64,000 bases of DNA from Entomortierella parvispora E1425 (taxonomy: Eukaryota; Fungi; Mortierellomycota), in assembly GCA_020891255.1 (NCBI GenBank), contig BQFW01000015.1, positions 868,001-932,000 on the forward strand, read 5' to 3'. A program made the translations under genes and the position numbers. The notes beneath the pieces are model-generated. The model was not told the origin of the DNA, made no database searches, and was given only the letters and a program-made list of their open reading frames with translations. Below, in pieces: positions 22,601 to 33,930 of the stretch; positions within the stretch are counted from its first letter, which is position 1; each line of letters opens with the position of its first letter.

Positions 22601-23933
22601 AGTGAGCAATATTTATTGTTGTTGACTCTTGTTCCCGGTTTCTGATTCTAGGCGTGATGCTGCCAGTGGCAAGACTGGATTGGAGCTGATTATTCAGTTT
22701 ATTGCCAAACTCTTGGATCCTTCCCAGACAGAGTCCGCGGCACTGTTTGTCGGAGACATGATTTGCAAGTTGATCAAGAAGGGCGGTGACTTGGTCGCTC
22801 CTATTATCCCCGACCTTTTGAATGCTGTCACTCTTCGTTTGGCAGAGGCCAAGCTTGCCACGTTTATCCAGGTATGAAGAATGGAAAAAAGAGAAAGAGA
22901 GAGAAAATCTTTGACATGTCGCCTTTAGGTCCCATTTTTCTGACGCAAGACTTGAATTCTTTATAACAAAAAACTAGCCTCTCGTCATGGTATTCGCGCA
23001 TCTTTGCTTGAACCAGCATGAGGTGGTGATCAACTTTTTGAGTGGAATCAACATTCAAGGGCGCAATGGACTGGATATCGTTCTTTCTGCTTGGTTGGCC
23101 AATCACGCCGATTTTACTGGAATTTATAACCAGAAAGTCAGGTAAGACTTTCTCGAAACTTTTGTTCCTAATTTGAATAGTCATGGTACTTGGCGCCAAC
23201 TTCTTGACCTGCTTCATTCTTCGCTCTTGAATCAATAGCACTGTCGCTTTGACCAAAGTCTACATGTCAGCAGATCCTCGTGTGAATGCTGTCCAAGTCA
23301 ATGGTGAGTTGATTGTTTCCAAATCCTCTCGTATTGTGACCCGCTCCAGAGCTAAGAATAGTAAGTTTTTTTGTGCCCTATCTACTACATTCTCCCAACT
23401 GTCCTGCAAAGGGAATGGTTCCATCCTGTCTGCTTTACCTTTGGCCTATAACCTCAATGCTCTCAACAGATGCAGGCGAATGTATTTCAAAAATTAACGC
23501 CATGATCTTGACTATAGCTCCCGACCAGTACACCATCACCACCGTGCCTGTCAAGATTATTCGCTTGCTTGCCACGGATTTGACAGCAAAGATTGAGGAA
23601 GAGGAGGACCAGGCAGCAGAGTCTGATTACGATGATGAGGATGAGTTTGGAGAGGATGATTGGGAAGATGAAGAATCGAACCAAAAGGACAAGTACTCCA
23701 TGCTCTCAGACTTCTTGGACGCGAGTGGATTGGACATGGAAGGTGAAGAGGATGAGGAGCAAGAGGCCGACCCGGATGTGCTGGCGGACCCTGTCTACCA
23801 GATGAACATGAAGGAATGCTTGGTGGACTTTTTCCGTCAGTGTGTCCAACAAAACTCGCCCGCGTTTGCGCAAAGCGTGACCGAGTTGAGCGATGTGGAG
23901 AAGCGGACATTGTCGTCGTTGTTGGAGAACTAG
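19603..23933 (+). CDS. IPO9: Importin-9 / Kap114 (importin-beta family), multi-exon
   Basis: IBN_N start (LSADTNTRLAAELKL; QRHSAAVLLKNFVDTQWS), IAHHDWPESWP, QFIADEEDDSYSFNVRIAAEDLL, FLQGRSFVFASQF, PVKIIRLLATDL, and an acidic loop ending in DPVYQMNMKECLVDFF. Confidence 0.9.
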
Positions 23934-24097
23934 AAATCTCTCTTTGCCATATACTAGCTGTGCTCAATCATGCAGCTTAACCCTTAGTAAAAAAAAAAAA
24001 AAAAGGGCCGTATTTTTTTAATGTCGAAAATGGATCATAATCCAAGCAGTGTCTAAAAAGTTCATCAGTCTGCAAGACTCTTGTTGAGTCGAGACAT

Positions 24098-24577
24098 TCA
24101 CATCCAGTCAAAGGCACTGGAACGACGGGTTCCTGTCTTCAAGTAGCCAAGGAAGATGGACCGGATATCCTGGTTCGGACCCATTACTACAGGAAGAAAG
24201 TCCTGAAGATCGCGCGCTACCAGCTGATAAGCCTTTTCCAGCTGAACAGCAGGCTCCATCAAGGCCGTCTTTTGGGACTCTAGACGCATGGCCTCCATCT
24301 CCTTGTCGTGGTCCATCTTTTGCTGGGTCTGCGCAAAGGTCATCCATTGGTCTCGGAGATGCTTGTAGCCCGCACGGACGTTGTTGTAGAATTACAAACG
24401 GTCCTCCGAATAGTAGAGCAACATGGATCGGGAACTGACTTTGTCGGGGGGCATGGACTCGTAGCCGCCGTTGATGTTGAGCAGCTCGAGAGAGATGCTT
24501 TCGATATCCGACATTTCTTGTTGGATCCGAGCAAGATAGGTCTTGGCGTCTGAAGTAGTCAAGCTAGAGAGAGACAT
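24098..24577 (-). pseudogene. Orphan-family gene with an in-frame TAA (24392-24394); paralog of the genes at 49771 and 50384
   Basis: One continuous frame: MSLSSLTTSDAKTYLARIQQEMSDIESISLELLNI...LLYYSEDRL*FYNNVRAGYKHLRDQWMTFAQ...AFDWM*. Confidence 0.65.
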
Positions 24578-24749
24578 GGCTGTGGGTGTGGATGAATGGG
24601 TCAAGAATTGAGAGATGGGGTGCAACTCGAGAGAGACAAGAGGTAACAAAAAAGAAAAGGAGAAGGTGGAGAGAAAAAAACACATGCTGATGGGTTGATC
24701 CACTGCCGACAGCAATAGGTTGATGCATCACTCTATTTCTTTTTTTTTT

Positions 24750-26341
24750 TTTTTCAAGGTGAGATCGAACTCGGCTTTTTTGGGCTTGAAAACGGGGTAG
24801 ATTGCTGAATGGCCTGTCCTTGATCTCTTCGAAAGAGATGTGTGCAACATCTGGGAACTTCTGTGAGTATATAGGGTTGCATGGAAGCTGCCTTGAATGT
24901 ACTGTACATTATACGAAATCCAGGCACGATATCACCATTCTTCCTAACATCAAATTCTTTGCTGTGCTTGCCCTTCCTGCGGATATTGCAGGCGTCTTTA
25001 TCAGTCAGTTCCCCTGCTACACGTCGACCCTGTCCTTGATCCTCATGAGGCTCAAGTTGTCATATTCCTTGAAGCTCTTTCGAATAGATTCTGATCTAGA
25101 GACATTCGAAACGAAAAAAAAAGAAGGGCCACAACGGATGTTACACCCGGCAGAGTTGCTGAAGTGCACAATTCAACCAAGGATTTATTTGTAAATAGCT
25201 TCTCGTAAGGATCATACTATCTGGACCATGTTCTCCCCACATTCTCATCCTCGTCTTCGTCCGCAGCTTCCTCTACAAGCACTGGGTCCAAAAAACGGTA
25301 CAGTCCTCTTAGTTCTGTCTTCATGTCGCTGATTTCGAGCAGTGAGCTAGAGGATCGGGTGACTGCAATCTTTTCCAAGAAGGCCATTCACTCGACCATC
25401 CTGCTGCTTGGGGTGCCACTGCTTGACCTTGGCCCTTCTGTTCTGGACTCAAGTTTCCCATGTTGAGCAGTTCCAGCTGGCACTCAAACTCGAGAAGCTT
25501 TGGTAGCCCTCTCAAGAATTTGTTTAGCCAAAGGATGACCTCAGGATGGATCCCCTTGTTGGACGAGGCTGAGAGGGCATGGATGGCAGAAACTTAATGT
25601 TGTCAAGGAAGCTGAGCAAGGCACAAGGTTTTGCAACACCCGAGGTGTCAGGGTCCCCAGGCATGCTGCAGGGTCGAGTGCTGGACCGGTTCTGGCCTCC
25701 ACTCGTGAGCAGATGTGCCTTGAGAAATTGGCATGGTGCCCTCTGAATCTCAGTTTTCGAAGAGGTCTCCCGGCTTCAGATCTGGCAGTAGACTCTTTTC
25801 TACTTGTCTTGACGACAGCCGATAGAATTCTGATCAGTCGGACCTTTGCAAGTGATAACATTGGATCCCCATGATGCTGGTGATAGATCGACCAGGTGAG
25901 ATAGAGGCTCTTCCGAGCGGGAAACGACGGAGACTGGATGGGTACTTGTTCGAAAGTGCGTTCGAGGATAAGAGCAAAGGGTCTCCTTCAAGGCCTCTAC
26001 CGTGGGAGAGGGGAGAGCGATGAATCTCTTGCTAACACGCGTTGTTTACGCAAAAGTCGTCTGGCTCCATGGATTTTAAATGTTATCATCCTTTCGCCAG
26101 TACCAGGCATGGGAGAGTCGAGAAAAGTATTTGAATTCCTTTGATGAAAGATAGACTACATCCGCAAGAACCTCTTTCAGTTTTTCAAACCCCTTCAGCC
26201 CTCTTTCTCTCTGAATCTGACTTGAAAGTGTGCCGAAGGGGCGGGACGTAACTCAGAGCGTGAGATTTAGCGCATCGACCCTGTTCAAATCATTAGGCCT
26301 TTCGCGTTCTTGATTGCTATATAAGTGGAGGTCGTAGACAT
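24750..26341 (-). pseudogene. Decayed coding relic, possibly of an F-box/LRR-like lineage-expanded family
   Basis: Protein-like fragments in shifting frames, separated by stops: FEKLKEVLADVVYL, FIALPSPTVEALKE, LRKLRFRG, LTTLSFCH, LRGLPKLLEFECQLELLNMG, EWPSWKRL. The family guess comes from Leu periodicity only. Confidence 0.35.
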
Positions 26342-26668
26342 AATGGATTGGGTTCGAGGGATCGGCAGTTTTAATGGAGAAGGATTCAACCTCACTTCTC
26401 GACAAGACACCACAGCTTCTTGACGTCGTGTATTGCGTATGATTCTACGAGGTGATATGTGTGTGTATGTGAATGTGAATGTGTGTGAGGTCTGTCTGGG
26501 CACAGGGCAATGACAGGGGCAACGCGAGATAAGCCACGTGCACATTTGCATCTCGGGAGGACGAAAATATGAAGCTCGTCTTCAACACACCACACCCACA
26601 AGATACATATGCACAGCAAACATGTTGTATTACATAGATTATAGTATGGTAAAGAGTGACTATGTGAC

Positions 26669-28782
26669 TTATTCCTCGTCCTCAGGCAACAAGTACTTTT
26701 GGTAATCGGATGTCGGACGGGGGACGCTCAGAGACTCTTCAAAATCGCTTCCTGTTCTCACAAAAGCAGACAAATTTGTGTTAGAAAACCTGCTCCACAG
26801 CATATAATTATACAATGTCCTCCCAGCAGAGTGCTTTCCTTTACCTTCGTCATGGTCGCGTGGAGAGATTCTCTCCCGAGTGACAGCCAGCTGCTCTTCT
26901 GATAGCTCGGCCTTGACTTCTGCCAGAGTGGACAAGACCTCGGCCAAGGACGGTCTCCTGTCCGGGACGGGGTCCCAGCAGCGTTCATAGAGGATCTGAT
27001 ATTTTTCGGGAGTGCCCTCAATCGCTTCCTCTCTCTTTCCGTTCAGGATCGACACCGCGAGCTGAACATCCTGGGGTGATTTCACAAAGGCTGCATGGCC
27101 ACTGGTGAGCTCCCAGAGCAGGACTCCCAATGAATAAATATCGCACCGAGCATCAAAGTGTCGGGGGTTCCTGAACCGTTCCGGTGCAATGTAGGCCATC
27201 ACGCCAATCAAGGCATCCTGAAGACTCTCCTCATGATCTTGGCCGTCCGTCTTGGTATTGCCCCAGGCATCCACTGCTGCCTTGCTGTTCTTGGGCTCTT
27301 TTCTATTCCCCCAGGCATCAACTGCTGCTTTGCTGTTGCTCCAGCTCTCTGGCGCGCTGCTGGCGAGAGTAGAGCCCAAGGTGCTGCTCTGATTCCTAGA
27401 AGTCGACAAGGACGAGTTTGTGGCCTCTTCGTCCTTTGCCTCTCCTTCCTTTGCCCCACTCTCCTTCTGTTTCTCTTCATAATCCAAGAGCTCTTTCCTC
27501 ATGCTGGGGATAAGCTCACTCACGAATTTGGATCCTCCTTCCGGGGTTGGGATGGTCGAGATGGCGAATTCACTGACGGCCCAACCTACACGCTCCTCCA
27601 TAGTCGAGGCTCCAAAATCGGTCAGCATGGCGTTACACGCCTCATCGATCAAAATGTTGCCTCCATGCAGATCCCGGTGAAAGATGCCCTTCTCGTGCAA
27701 CTGAGCAACTGCAGCGACCATCTGGGTCGCGAGCGAGAGCTTGTCAGACCAGGACAATTTTGAAAAGTTGACCTTGAGATGCCAGGACAGGGATCCGTTC
27801 TCGGCGTATTTAGTGACGATGCAGAGCTTGTTCAGACCAGGTGGGTAAGTCACACCATAGAATTGAACAACACCTTCATACCCGAGCATGCGAGTGTAGA
27901 TCTCGACCTATCAAGATAAGGAAGAGAAAAAGTGGTCATCATGTTCAGTACATCTATCCTTGAACTACAACCCTTTTTTTTTTCTGCGCCACGCGATGTT
28001 CAGTAGATCTTCCTCGTCTCCCCCCTCCTTTTTTTTACCTCTTTTGAGATGACATGGGCCAGAGCTTCTTTGATCGCGACCTTGACGCCCTTCCATTCAG
28101 CCACATGAATGATTCCCATCCCTCCTGCATCGACCCCAATTGTGAGTTTCTCAATCTCAGTAGCCGGGATTTCATTTGCGAGAAGCAACCTTTGGTCGTC
28201 GGGCGACAACTCGTCTGAGAATTCTTTCAGCCCCTGTGCCAATGACACGGGCTGAACAGACGTGGCGGCGGCGGCGGCGGCGTTGGCGTTGGCGTTGGAT
28301 TCCTGAGAAGGAGTGTTGTCCCCGTTCAGAGTCGTCAAAGGGCCTGTCGATCCTGCAATGGTAGAGGATTTCGATTTTTTGTTGGAGCGCGACCAGTAAA
28401 CGGACAGGGCCCTTATAGCGCTCACGACTTTGGTGGGTGTCTCCCTGGAGACTTTTGTTGCCTCTGCGGCCGCTGGTGCTGCTGATGCGGATGCTGTTGG
28501 TGTGGAAGAAGAAGGGACAGCAGTAGTGGATGGCGTTTGGTTGTTTTCCGGTACAGAGGTAGTGTCCAAAATAACAAGATCCGACTGTGGTTGAGGAGCT
28601 GGGGTCTTGTAATCGGACGATGGTTTCAGGGATGGCTGATCTGGAGAGGTTAGGAACCCTTGGTCTGGGTCGTTGTTGTCGCTCTTGTGATGGTTGTTGG
28701 CGTCTTGGGAGGGGGCGTGATTTTCGTCAGACTTTTGGTCGCCCAAATCGTCGGAGCACAGCTTGGTCAAAACGTTGCCCAT
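26669..28782 (-). CDS. Tyrosine-kinase-like (TKL) protein kinase with an N-terminal myristoylation-like motif
   Basis: Exons 28782-28039, 27907-26845 and 26751-26669. Motifs AGGMGII, VAIKE, HRDLHGGNIL, DFG, YIAPE, DIYSLGVLLWELTSG, CWDPVPDRRP. N-terminus is MGNVLTKLC. Confidence 0.9.
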
Positions 28783-31700
28783 TGTGAAGAAAAAAAATGA
28801 AAGGTATTTGTACTAGGAAAAAAAAGATGTCAAGTTGCGAAAGATGGTTCCGCTTGTAGAAGGGGAAAGAGGGAGAATGAAAGAATGAGAGCGTCAATAA
28901 TAATCAAGGGAAGAAACGCGCAAAAGGGTCCTTTTTTTTGCGATCACGGGTAAGGAGAAAGAAAAAACGGATCAGCGCGCGAAAGAACGAAAAGTTGGAT
29001 TCAGAAACAACCGTTGAGGTTTGTTGCCAGAGGAAGGTCAGCTCTGATATAAGGACAAGTTCTGGGCAAGGAAGCAGATGACTATGGTTTGCTTAGAGAT
29101 TTAGGACAAAGATCAAGGACTCCGCGTCTGTCAGGGAGAGTTGGCGGGATGACAGGGGGTGGCCAAGTTTGCGTGGGGTCGGAGAACCTAAGAAATGACG
29201 AAAATGTTCATTAAACCAATGGTCAACAAGAGATCGGGAACGGTAAGATTCCAAGGGTTGCCCAAAAAAAGGGGGAGGAAGGGAGGTGCGTTCCTTTCTG
29301 TTTCAACGCAACAAACAATGACACAGCCGTCGTTGACTTTGGGACAGCCGCCTAGCCTTAGAACCATTGAACATAAAAAAAAATTGATCCCTTCCTTCTT
29401 GAACCAGGAAAGGAAGAGTCGGGTGTGTTTTTTTTCACCGTGAGAACGTGACATTTAAAATAGGTCATCGCAGTCAATGAATCAAGGAGTCCTCAAGGGG
29501 TTTGAAAGCAGTAAGAATCGCAATTGAGCGGCAAGCGCGGGCCTCTGGATCGGGGCGCCTCTCGAACTTCAAAGAGCTGAGATATGCTGTTCATTGGAGA
29601 GAGGGAGAGAAAGACAAGGCCCAAACAATGAACCATGACAGTGGCTAGTTGCGTCTAATGTCCGAAGGGTGGGTACACAGAACCCGGGGGCAGACGGAGA
29701 ACGCGCAAAGTGGGGTCGAGGGTAACCGAGCTTCTCTTTTCTAGTCCTGAAACACCACGCAACCAGAAAAGTATGACAAACAAACATCATCCATCCATCA
29801 CCCAAGAGGAGCCGAGAAGGGCCATTGAAAACAACAAAACAAGTCTAAAAGGCGCCCCGCCCTTGAGGAGCAGCTACAAGATCTTTTGATGATCGGCCTC
29901 TGCGCGATTGGCCTTCGAGCAAGAGCGATATGGTCTCCGTTGATCGTCCTTTGGCGAATGCCCATCTCAAGGGTCAGGATGGATCCACTCTCTGATCGTC
30001 GCACGATCGTCGTCTGGTCTATGTGGATTGAGCTGCGGCACCCCGGATTCTTTCTCGCGCGCAAAACAGCGCAAGCAATCAAAGGGGCAACCACATATCA
30101 AACTCTGCGACAGGAAGAAAGAATCGCTCTTTTTTTTTTCTGAAAGGAGTTTCGATGATGTATTTTCGAATCGCAGATGGCTCTCTTCACCAGTCGTTCT
30201 TGCGCAGAATGCAATAAAGAAGAAAAAAACAAATAGAAAACCCTTTGCTTCAGCGATCCTCCACTTTTCTCTCTTTCTTCTTACCAATCCTTTTGGGCTT
30301 TTGACCGCTAGTTGGGGTCTGTGCGATGTCTTACGTTATCTGTGACAGTTCGGAGTCAAGCTTGCCCGTGGAAGGACTGGATGAGAGCGATGAGATTCGA
30401 CTGGATGGAGAATGCAACAAATGTCGAATGCGATTGCAATTGTTGAGATTGAGAACAAAGAGGTACGTGGGAGGGGGAGGACAGAGCGAGAAGAGCGGAA
30501 ATTGGTCGGAGAAGGCAAGAAGGAGGAGGGGCGAAGGGACAACCTTTTTGTTTGCACTCTCGAGGAAAGAGTCGATGCGGTGGGTCGTGTCTGTCTGTCT
30601 GTTTTGTCTGGTGTGTGAGCACCTACCTGCCCACTCTTGACTCGTTTTTGCTCTTTCTTAGTTTGTGAACAGACAGGTGGACGCTCAATGGCTGCTGCTA
30701 TTATCTCGTCTTCAATTGGTCCCTTCTTCCTACACTGCAGCGACCCTGTTGCACCTCCATCTACACTGCACTTTTTGTGCCGCATTGTGTATGGGCGGGT
30801 TAGATGAACAGAAAGCTCGCAGGCTGCCTAGTGTTTTCAAGTTTTTTTTTAAAAAGGGAAAGCCCCCACCTGCCAATGCAGAAAATGCAAGGGAGCGGCG
30901 CTGCCTTTTTTTTTTCTTTTTGTCTATTTTTGTCAAATTAGAAAAAGCCAGAGAAGAATGCAAACAGGGACGTTCTTCAACCATGCTTTTATATCGAGTG
31001 CTCTAGGAAAAAAGATCGTAGCAAACAACAACCCAAGGAGACGGTAAGAAACGGGTTGCCGCCAGTTGTAACGACACCAAGAATCAGAGCGTTGCATGTT
31101 AGGTCTGAATGGCTGATGTAATGAACCAAGAGAGAGTCAACAGAGAGGATAGCCTCTCGACCATTGTGCGTGCTCTGATTCGTAAAATGGCAATTGGTTT
31201 GTTTGTAATTTGTTCTTCATGTAGGGGGCTCTTGATCGAGCCGAGGCCTTTTTATTGGAACGACGCGTTGGTTAACTACATATCGATATTAGTTTCATTC
31301 GCTGTGAAAGACGGGTTTTGCTGAAGAGCGCCAAACTTGGGGGCTTCTGTGGGAATGGAGCATGGAGGTTGTTTCAAACATTTTCAAAGATTGGTCGACT
31401 GCTGCCGTGGTCATGCCAATTGAAAACACAAAAGCAAATCAGGAGGTACTGTAATTGTAGGTCCACCAGCACGTAGGGCGTGGGCTCTACCAACAAAGCA
31501 GGGCAAGACTGGGCATGAACATGCATGCATTGCCATCCATTCGGCAGTCTAGGAATGAAGTCATTCTCTGCTTTATTTTCATTTCGAATGAGGGCAAGAG
31601 CTGACCAAGGTAAAGCCGATGCAAACAGCTGGCCCCAAATATTGGGGAAGAAGAAAGTGGATAAAAAAAAAATAGATGGTCGTTCCGATGGGGCCGATCG

Positions 31701-31901
31701 AGATACGGATCGCGTAGGTCCCTCAAGACAAGGAAACAAGGTGCCAGGACTCCAGGGAGCCGAAATAGAGTTCTGTATTTATATTACGTTCTTCTGGTCC
31801 AACGCCGGCCTGCAAGGGTATGGGTCTTGTATGAGGCATGCATCTGCCCTCTGACCCCAGGCACGGCTCTAGTTTACAGGCGGGATATGACTCTGGGGTA
31901 G

Positions 31902-32607
31902 TCATCCGATCCGCTCTTGACAACGCCGCTCTGTTGGCGTGTACTGTTTCTGGATGGATTCCCAACTGTAATGACACCCAAGCCGCAGAATACCGAGCTG
32001 GCCGCAAGTCCTGCCGTCCCTTCGACCCAACCAGAGATTGGTTCCGACAGAGCACCTCTGACGGCCAAAGGCCTCACGATCACTTGTGCTGGGAATAGAA
32101 AATAGACCCTGCAAGGGACTGGCCAGAACCATGCATTCATAAGAATCGAAGTTCTCTTCTCTTTCTATCATCGTCCGCAAGTTGAAAAGGATAGATTTAT
32201 TCCTCGAACCCATTGTTGAAAGATGCGCTAGAGCTGAGAGGAGACGCATTCCCTGAGCATCCTTGATCATTCGAAGGAGACCATGGCAGTTCGTTCATAT
32301 TCTTTTTCTTCGAAAGCTCTCAACAGCATTTCGTATATTTGCTACTCGGAAATGGCAACAAACACAAAATGAAGATCTTGTGTCGGATCATGTCAGTGCG
32401 TCCAGTTCTGATTAATGAAGATTAATGAAGCCATTCCTTAAGCCTTAGGTATAGTTGTCTTTTACGTGCGATTTTTTTGAAGCCATTCGACGTTGTCAGT
32501 TTGAGCTGAACAGGGCGCCGCTTGGTTGATTCTGGCCCTCTTGATGGCGTTGCCATCGGTGGTATTGTTAAGCTTTTCCAGCAGTCCTCAACATTTACTG
32601 AATCCAT
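31902..32607 (-). pseudogene. Possible degraded ORF relic in a long intergenic region
   Basis: Protein-like fragments MDSVNVEDCWKSL...LKEWLH*, QIYEMLLRAFEEKEYER and MIKDAQGMRLLSALAHL... lie in different frames, around a plausible acceptor near 32340. No family recognised. Confidence 0.25.
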
Positions 32608-33930
32608 TGTTGATGGTGAGCAGTAGCTGAAATGGGGTCTATAGGGGCGAACTTGATGAACATATGTTCAAAAACAAGGTCCAATGGCGGTGTAAAGGGA
32701 TCCTCTCATTCCTCCCACCACGCCCTACCTACCACCCGTACTGAACTAAGAAGTGGCTGCTCAAAAAGACAAGATACATTGGCAAGAAGTTGCGGTCAGA
32801 CGGGAAGAGAGATAGACAGAAGCAGAGCTTGTTCTCTTACCTCTTACGCGAAGGAACAAAAGGGAGAGAGAGAAGACGTGAGAGAAAGAAAGAAAGAAAG
32901 AAGGAAGAAAAGAAAGAGAAGAGAGTTTCTCTCCCTCTCCTCACGCGTCAAACGCGCGTGCCCTTCCGCCCCCTGTTGCTTTGTCATTTCCGCGTGCGGA
33001 TCGCGACTGACCACACCCTGGACAGTGGACAGGGGGATGTTCGATGCAGGTCAAAGGGAGGACAAACAAAAAGATGAGGCGGTTGTTGATTGCGTGCACG
33101 GCATGCACCTCCTCTTCTCTTCTCTTCTTCTTTGTGGCCACCCTTTTTTCGACCCTGCGTTGTCCTGACCTGACCTGACCGTGGGCAGGCCAACTGACCG
33201 CAGGGTCTGACCCCTGTCTGCAGATGTCCTCGTCCTCGAGAGTCAAGACAACAAAGACAACAAAGACTGGGCGAAGCTGCACAAGGGCCACCCATCGGCG
33301 CGGACGGGTGGCGCCGTGTTGGGTTTAACCAGAGAGGTTTGAAAGTGCTCTCATGGCTTTGTTTTATTTCGTTTGGCCATCTCTCCCACCCAAACCAAAT
33401 GCAATGCAATGCATGCTGTCTCAGGAACCGTCGTTGCCTCTCTTCTTTTTCATCTCCAGCACATCATCATCTCTGGCTCCTCATCTTTGACCGACCTTTC
33501 ACCCTGCTGACAGGACCTATCGTCTACCTCACAGAACTACATTCGCCCTCCCATTCCCTCCTGCACACAGCTCTGCGTCTCTAGGCTTCATTGGGCGACG
33601 AATCCATTCTTCACCTTCACCTTCACCTTCCCTCACCCCTCATTCACCTCTTTTTCTTGCACTAGTGGGGCGCTTTCCGTGGCTACACAGCTGCCACACA
33701 GCAAAAGAGTCAAAAGAAAGATAAACGCAACTGCCTCAGGAGAGGGCAGGAAAGGGGCGACAAGGGTAGCATCTTGGTAGAATCGGAATTGACCCTCCCA
33801 ACCGTTGCCAACCTCAGGAAACCCATCGGCACATCCCCCATTGAAGACCTGACAAAGCATCGTCAGCGCATCTAACAGTCGTCAAGCAGTCCGCTGCTGA
33901 TCTCCCTTCTGCCATCGTGAGTCCATCACC

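Noticed and set aside
29880-30020. Cluster of GATCG/GATCGTC motifs
   Set aside because: Short and irregularly spaced, with no supporting structure; compatible with chance.
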